64,000 bases of DNA from the human T2T-CHM13v2.0 reference genome, Homo sapiens, in the NCBI RefSeq assembly GCF_009914755.1, contig NC_060944.1; one strand, 5' to 3'. Position numbers and translations under genes: made by a program. The notes under the pieces are model-generated. The model was not told where the DNA came from. It ran no database searches and worked only from the letters and a program-made list of their open reading frames with translations. Of the stretch, positions 57,490-64,000 are shown piece by piece (positions within the stretch are counted from its first letter, which is position 1; each line of letters starts with the position of its first letter).

Positions 57490-57558
57490 TGAATCCTGAA
57501 AGTGTCGGACGGGGCTGAACCACAGGGTTGAGCGTCCTGCCTGGGCTGTGAAGTTTCT

Positions 57559-57574
57559 CCTACAGATGGCGCTG
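57559..57574 (+). promoter_or_regulatory. Candidate CTCF-binding site
   Basis: CCTACAGATGGCGCTG fits the CTCF core CCASYAGRKGGCRS at 12 of 14 positions; sits in a local CpG cluster in unique DNA. Confidence 0.5.
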
Positions 57575-60500
57575 TTGCCTCGCGCCTGTCACTCAGGCCG
57601 AGGGGCAGAGTGGTAATTCTAAGACAAAAAGAAATTAAGCAGCACGCAAGCGGGCTGCCGCATTTTTATGTTTATGCCGAGACGACCCAAATCTATGTTT
57701 CTTCACCTTCCTGGCTGTACAACTCAGATAACTTTGTGATCCACTCTTCTTCAGAAGGAAGAAAGAAAAGATTCTATTTGACCGTCTTTTTTGAAATCCT
57801 TAGAAATCCACCCTTTGAACATAAGTCTTTGAGAACTTCCATCAATGTGCATAGTGAGTGTGTTTCAGGAGAAGAAATAATTTAGATTTTAGCTCAGTAT
57901 TTTGTTTTTCATTCTATTTCTTCTTCTAAAAACAAAAACAAAAACCTCTTGATCCAAAGGAAACACATGGAGAATGGAGAATTCCACAGCAGCCTTGCAG
58001 CATGAGCGGCTCCGGATGGCCCTGCCTCTGGGCTCCAGACCCCCAGTGTTTGGTTCCAGGGCTTCTGCCCAGTGGTGATGGGGCTGGGAGACTAGACTCA
58101 CTGTGTTGGGAGAGCAGTGGGTGTCTCCTGGGCAGGAGAGCCTCATCCCTGTGCGCACCCACGCTGGGGCCTTCTAGGTGTGTGTCCCCAAGTGTGTTCA
58201 GTATGTCTCATGTGTTCAAGTGACAGACTCGAGCTGGTAAGGACCTGGAGTGCCTTTCTACCCAGGCAGAAATCAGGAATAAAGTGTGAGCTGTTGACAA
58301 TCAGGCTTCCCGGACTGTAACTACCAGGTTCAGAACATGCTTGGAGTTAGGTTTTAAATGTAAGTGGTAAGACTGTCCTCTCTGCCCGTTTGAAATGAGC
58401 ACAGGCCGTGTTGCAGGTCTCTGATTCGGAGTAAAGATGAGCCTGGCTTCCTCTGCGGAGGAGGCCAGAAGCAGGTGCGGAGGGCTTAGCAGAGGCCTTT
58501 GCACTCAGAGACTTGCATCTCCTGCATCTTTTTAGGCCTGGAAGGCACCCGCATGCTCCTCTCGGCGCAAAGGTTCCAGGAGGTGGTGACCTTGATGAAT
58601 CTCAGTCAAGATTATGAATAATTTAGGAGTAACACAACCCAGCCAGAGAATGCTTTCCCAGACAGCAGACAGGCTGCCGTTCTTCCTAGGCGTCCCTAAA
58701 TGGGCATCAGATATAGGAAGACTGGTGGGCACAGCAGCGGAGGGCTTTTTTCTTGGCATTATTAAAAGCTGACGTGCTTCTTTGTGTGAGTTGCTTGTTC
58801 CACTGACATAGAATTGTTTTGTTGTCACTGTAGCTTTAGTGTACACATAAGCAAAGCAAGCTCTTTAGGTACCGTGAAAAAGCGATGGTGGATATTTCTG
58901 TGTGTCTTGAGCATAAATTGTAAGAAAACCAAACAGATTTTAAAGGGTTTGGGGGGGATGGCGGGGAGATCTGGGTGTTTGCAGAAGAAGGGACTGTGGC
59001 TGGGGGTTCTGAACAGGCACTGCCATATGTCCCAGGCCACGTTTAGTGCACAGTGATTATGGCAAAGGTGGGAACTTGAAGGGGTGACCTGGTAGCATTA
59101 TGCTAGAACCTGAGCGGCAGTGGTCCTGGGCTGGACACAGGAGCCTGGCCCTAGTGAAGGATCTTGGGCAGCGGTCAGGGAGCAAAGGCCTTGGGGTCAT
59201 GGCCAGAGGTCAAGAGCTAAGTGGTATCTGGGAGCCAAGAGGTCAAGGCAAAGGGCCTCCTGCCAGTGTTTAATGTTGGCCAGAAGCAAACTCAAGGCTT
59301 GGGAGGCAGGTCAGCAAAGCAGGAAGGAATGGGCCGGGGAGGACCCAGGTAACAAGAACTTGGTGGAAGCTTAGTGAGAAAGCAAGTGGGGTGGAGAGGG
59401 AGGGATTCATATCGCAGGCATCATTTCACGGTCATGTGCCATGTGGCATGGGGTGCGTGGGAGGCCTCACGTGGGTTTCTCCTGCTGGCAGGAAGGGCTC
59501 CATCCTGTGCTCAACCCTGGGGATGCTGGACAGCTTTGAGGAGGTCACAGAACCAGGCCAGTGTTCGAACTCAGGAGCCGAATGTGGAGCCTGTGCTCGT
59601 AGGTGTCGCTAATTCCACTCCTGCTTCCTGTGTCCTGTAAGCTTAAGTGACATGCTCCAGGCAGCGCGGAATCTAGGGCGTCTGGATTCCCACCCAGGCG
59701 TTTCAGACGCCCAAGCCCAGCCTCCTCGACTCAGCCATGCTGCTATGCCTCTGACTGTGGATCCCAGGCCAAAGACAGAGGTTCTAACCCCCTTCTCCCC
59801 CAAGGTGGCTACCTTAGTTAACAGCTTTCTTGCCATCTGCCCTTCCCATCTCCACCCACCCCAAGTCCCTTCCTTTCTACCTGTGGAATGTCTACTGGTC
59901 TCAGCCTCCTCCCCCGAGTGCCTCTTCCCTTCCAGCTGTCATCAGGACCATGTGACTCCTAGGACTCACTCTCTGCCTGCCCTACCTGCCCCCAACTACC
60001 TCTGCCACCTGCTGCTACCCTCCCCCAATCCATCCTGTCCATGAATACCAGGGCCTTTCTAAAGCAGTGATGGAAGCTGAACACGCCCTGCTGGAAAGGC
60101 AGTGATGGCTTCCCCTCATCCTAACTCTGCAGCCTGGATGTCACTTCCTCTCTGAATCTCATGGTCCAGCTCTTGTGGTGGGAGCTGCCTGGAGCTCCAT
60201 AGAAGGATTCGAAGGCCAGGTCAGAGCTTCCTGGAGCCTAGGGCCATGATTGATTAGTAATGCCTCCAGGGCACAGGACGGGTAAGCAGGGGTGTGTTTA
60301 CCATCTATCTCTCTCTCTGGCAACTTGTGGTCACTTGAGCATACTATATGGTTTTGGGAGCCTGAGTTTTGAATGTCCCTTTCATTTCATAGGATATTTT
60401 ACCCTCTTTGGGTCACTTTGCAAACTCTTAATTGTCCTTCAAGACTCTTCTCTGCAGAAGTCAATCCTTTGAGGTTTTAACAGACCCCACGAGCCGTGTT

Positions 60501-61176
60501 ATCCCCAGTTGCTGCTATAAACCCTTGGATATCTCTCTGGGCCTTCACTTCATGCCCTGCAATCGTGAACATACTCCTCCCCCATCTTTCCCTGCCTGCC
60601 GTTTACTGTGGGTTCCTGAAAGCACGGAGGGTTTTAGAAATTGCAAATTCCCAGTAGCTGGCACATAATCAATATTCAAAAATGAGAGTTGAGTTTTGGA
60701 AATCTACATCCTTTATATCTGCCTTTAAAATCAGCCGAGGAGAGCACGAGTAAATGGAGTTCTTATTTAACTGTATAAATGAATTCTTTTACCTGCTCAA
60801 CTTTCCTGAAAGAGTAAGGCCAAGGAATTAAAATACAAAGATAGCAGGATTCAGTTAAGGAAAAGAAATTAACATCCAGGTCGCTTCTGAATTAGCTTTG
60901 CTTCAGTTTGCACATACTTACAAAGCTCCTACTTTGTGCTGGACACAGTCATGGATTCCCCTGCGTGTCTACCCTTAGTGTCTTGGATGATGAGAATCAA
61001 TCTCAGGGTTCCAGCGAGATGGGGATGCCCAGGCATAGGTTTGAGAACTTAATAAGTTCATCAACAGGTGGAGAAATGGATCCACCCCTTCAAGCCTTGA
61101 CTCGCTCGTGTGCAAAGTGAAGGAGACCAAGTCACTCTTGGCTCCCATTCATTTACCAACATGCACTCTTTCTCCT

Positions 61177-61270
61177 CTTGGTAAGCATTTTCGATGGATT
61201 AGCCCCGTTCATACTTACAACACCCTTGGTAAGCACTTTCAATGGGTTAGCCCCATTCATACTTACAACA
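61177..61270. repeat. Tandem duplication with 48-bp period (2 copies) inside a MIR
   Basis: CTTGGTAAGCA(T/C)TTTC(G/A)ATGG(A/G)TTAGCCCC(G/A)TTCATACTTACAACA twice. Confidence 0.9.
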
Positions 61271-62429
61271 AACCCGCAGGGAAGGCAGTAGGATTATTCC
61301 CATTTTATAGACACAGAGGCTGAGGCTCAAGTTGTGAGAGGAGCTGCTATATCCACTGCTTTTTCAGAAGTCAGCTTCTGAGGATCCAATAAAATGCAGC
61401 ATGGAAAGTAGCTCAGAAAACCACCCAAAGCCATCGTACTTCGTTCACTCTGCGAGTGGCTGTCAGCCAGCTTTCCTTGGTCAGGGATCTGGTCCACAAG
61501 TGCTGAACCCGAGGACGGAGCAGCGAGGAGCACAGACAAGTCTGGGCACTGGGGGAACCTGCAGCCCAATGAGTCGTGTGGGAAACAGATGTTCATCAAA
61601 TTCACACCAGTTCAGCTCTCACGCCCCCTCTGTCTATTTGCTGTAGTATTTACCACATTCTGCCTTATCATGTACTTAATGCTGTGCACATCTGTCTCCT
61701 TTATAAGACAGGAAGGTTTTTGAAACAAGGGCCATATGCTTTTCATCTGTCCTAGTGCCTCGCGTGGTGCTTTGCAGAGCAGTCCGAGTGTAATTTCAGA
61801 AAGAATCAGATGATGAATTTAACTCCATCACTGCAGCCATGGTTTTCAGGTACATTCAGGGGTCGTGCAGCTTCTTCAGGAATTAAATCAATACCACATA
61901 TATTCACTGAGCACCGACTGTGCCAGACTCTAGGGCATACTGGGAGGTGAGTGTCATGTCATCATCCCTGGCCCTGGAAGAGACATCAAATGCTGGGGTT
62001 TTTTTTGTGTGAGTTTTGAGGCATTGCTCTTTCTGAGCCCTTACATGAATTCTCATCCCAGGCATCCATGCAAAAGCCTCCGATTTTGCACATAGCACAC
62101 TGACAGCTGGATCATGGGTGCCAGATTTTGTAGCTGCTAAGGGGAGGCTGCTGGGAGGAGGAGCAGGGAGGTGGCAGATGATGCAGGGAGAGAAGGATGG
62201 AGCTGCACCCTGGCTTGCTCCCTGCTCCAGTTGACTGGTACATTTCCCTGCTTCACGGCTCAGCCAGATGCAGTCACTTAACTCTGTGGTAGATCTCGCA
62301 GCACGACAGGTCGGGAGGATCCTAGGCCAGACCCTGGTCTTTCTTCCTGTGCTCCAGATAATTTGCCATCCCGCAGAACTGCTGGGTGGGGCTGCACACC
62401 ATGCTGACCAGAGTGAGTGCATGATTCTG

Positions 62430-62640
62430 AGTCCAAGTCATCAGAGTGCAGCCTTGTCTGTGACAGTATTGCTGTGTGACTTTGGGTAAGTTACTTAATT
62501 TCCCTGTGCTGCAATGTCTCATGTGTAAAGTGGGATAGAAGAATAATCCCACCTTCTGAGGTTATGGAAAGGGTCACATAAAGGCATCTGTGCCGTGAGC
62601 TTAACATGGTGCTGGCAGGCATCCCAGGGCTCGGCTCATG
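62430..62640 (+). mobile_element. MIR
   Basis: GCTGTGTGACTTTGGGTAAGTTACTTAATTTCCCTGTGC..CTCATGTGTAAAGTGGGATA. Confidence 0.8.
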
Positions 62641-62769
62641 CTGGATGCTGCCCTTGCTGTTTTAATCAAGGGCTGTTCAACCCGCTAGCAGCACCAACCA
62701 GCCCGTCAACCCCACACCTAGCCTGCTCTCACAACTGCTTGGGGAACTTTTACAAGAGACAAATTTTCT

Positions 62770-63040
62770 GCTATGCAGCCATGATGAAAAAGGAAATAGA
62801 TGTCCACGTGCTGATGTGGAACAGTTTCCAAGATACATAGTGAGGAAGCACAGTGCTCTGTAATGTGCAGTCAGCTTCTATTTGTGTAAAATACTGGAGA
62901 GATTTACACACATGCTTGTATGTGCTCAAAATATTTCTCGAAGGATCCACAGGGAACTTGCTACAAAAAGGGCCTTTAGAAAAGAAATAAATGTTTGGGT
63001 ACTGGGATTGGGGGGACAACTTTATATATTGTTTGAATTT
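62770..63040 (+). mobile_element. L1ME-type 3' end
   Basis: CTATGCAGCCATGA..TTCCAAGATACATAGTGAG..GAAGGATCCACAGGGAACT. Confidence 0.55.
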
Positions 63041-63045
63041 TACCG

Positions 63046-63406
<361 letters not shown>

Positions 63407-63792
63407 TGATCTCATACTTTTCAAGTGGGATCTGGAAATACATGCCTTCATGATGTTTCCTAAGTGTTGTATATGATCCACTAGATTTTGGAACATCTGC
63501 TGTAGAGTGAGAAGGACAACCTGGGGGGCTGCTAATCAGCACCATCCCAGCATGTGGTGGGCCACAGGTTTGTGTTTGCCCGACTGATGTGAGTTGTGGA
63601 AGGGAAATGGAGGCAGATGCTTCAGGTTGGCTAATCCTATATCTGTTTCTAACTCCTTTCTCCCTTTTCTGTCTCCTCTTCGGAGGGTGGAAAGTGAAAC
63701 ACCCACTTTCTCAGACTCCTAGGAGTGGCCATATCTACACACAAGTGTTCTGGGAGGCTGCAGGAAAAGCTTTGGCTTTGGGGAGAAAAATG

Positions 63793-64000
63793 ATATCCAG
63801 GGGTGATTGGCTCCAGGACTCCCTGCAAGCACCGAAGTCTGCGGATGCTCAAGTCCCTGATATAAAACGGCGTAGTTTTGCACATAACCTGTGCATATCC
63901 TCCTGTCTGCTTTAAATCATCTCTAGGCTACTTATAATGTCTAATACAATGGAAGTGCTATGGGAATAGTTGTTATAATACATTGTTTAGGGAACAATGA
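63793..64000 (+). mobile_element. MER2 TcMar-Tigger MITE (runs off the window)
   Basis: GATTGGCTCCAGGAC..GCGGATGCTCAAGTCCCTGATATAAAACGGCGTAG..TTTAAATCATCTCTAG. Confidence 0.9.

Noticed and set aside
61904-62422. Longest ORF (172 aa, minus strand)
   Set aside because: No recognisable domain; composition is typical of a chance ORF in GC-rich non-coding DNA

Overview
Primate genomic DNA, most likely human or great ape (AluY and L1PA2/3-type elements are present). The window looks intergenic or intronic. I recognise no host protein-coding gene, RNA gene or CRISPR array. Much of it is transposable-element debris: old L1M blocks, one 5'-complete, TSD-flanked L1PA8-type LINE with most of ORF1 deleted (41.7-47.2 kb), a full-length dead Hsmar2 mariner (21.07-22.38 kb), about ten Alus, MaLR/ERV LTRs, hAT/Tigger MITEs, MIR and L2. 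The ORF track is mostly spurious; the exceptions are L1 ORF2 and Hsmar2 transposase remnants. The most notable observations are: a 5'-inverted (twin-primed) Alu; a tail-to-tail inverted Alu pair with overlapping TSDs inside an MSTA LTR; a 44-bp VNTR grown from a MaLR LTR that carries repeated PBX-MEIS/PREP decamers; a strong orphan + strand exon (27125-27203); a CTCF-like site; and several repeat-free, motif-dense islands that may be developmental enhancers. I cannot support a claim of a new biological system. Repeat subfamily calls come from remembered consensus sequences and old-repeat boundaries are approximate; both need RepeatMasker/Dfam confirmation.
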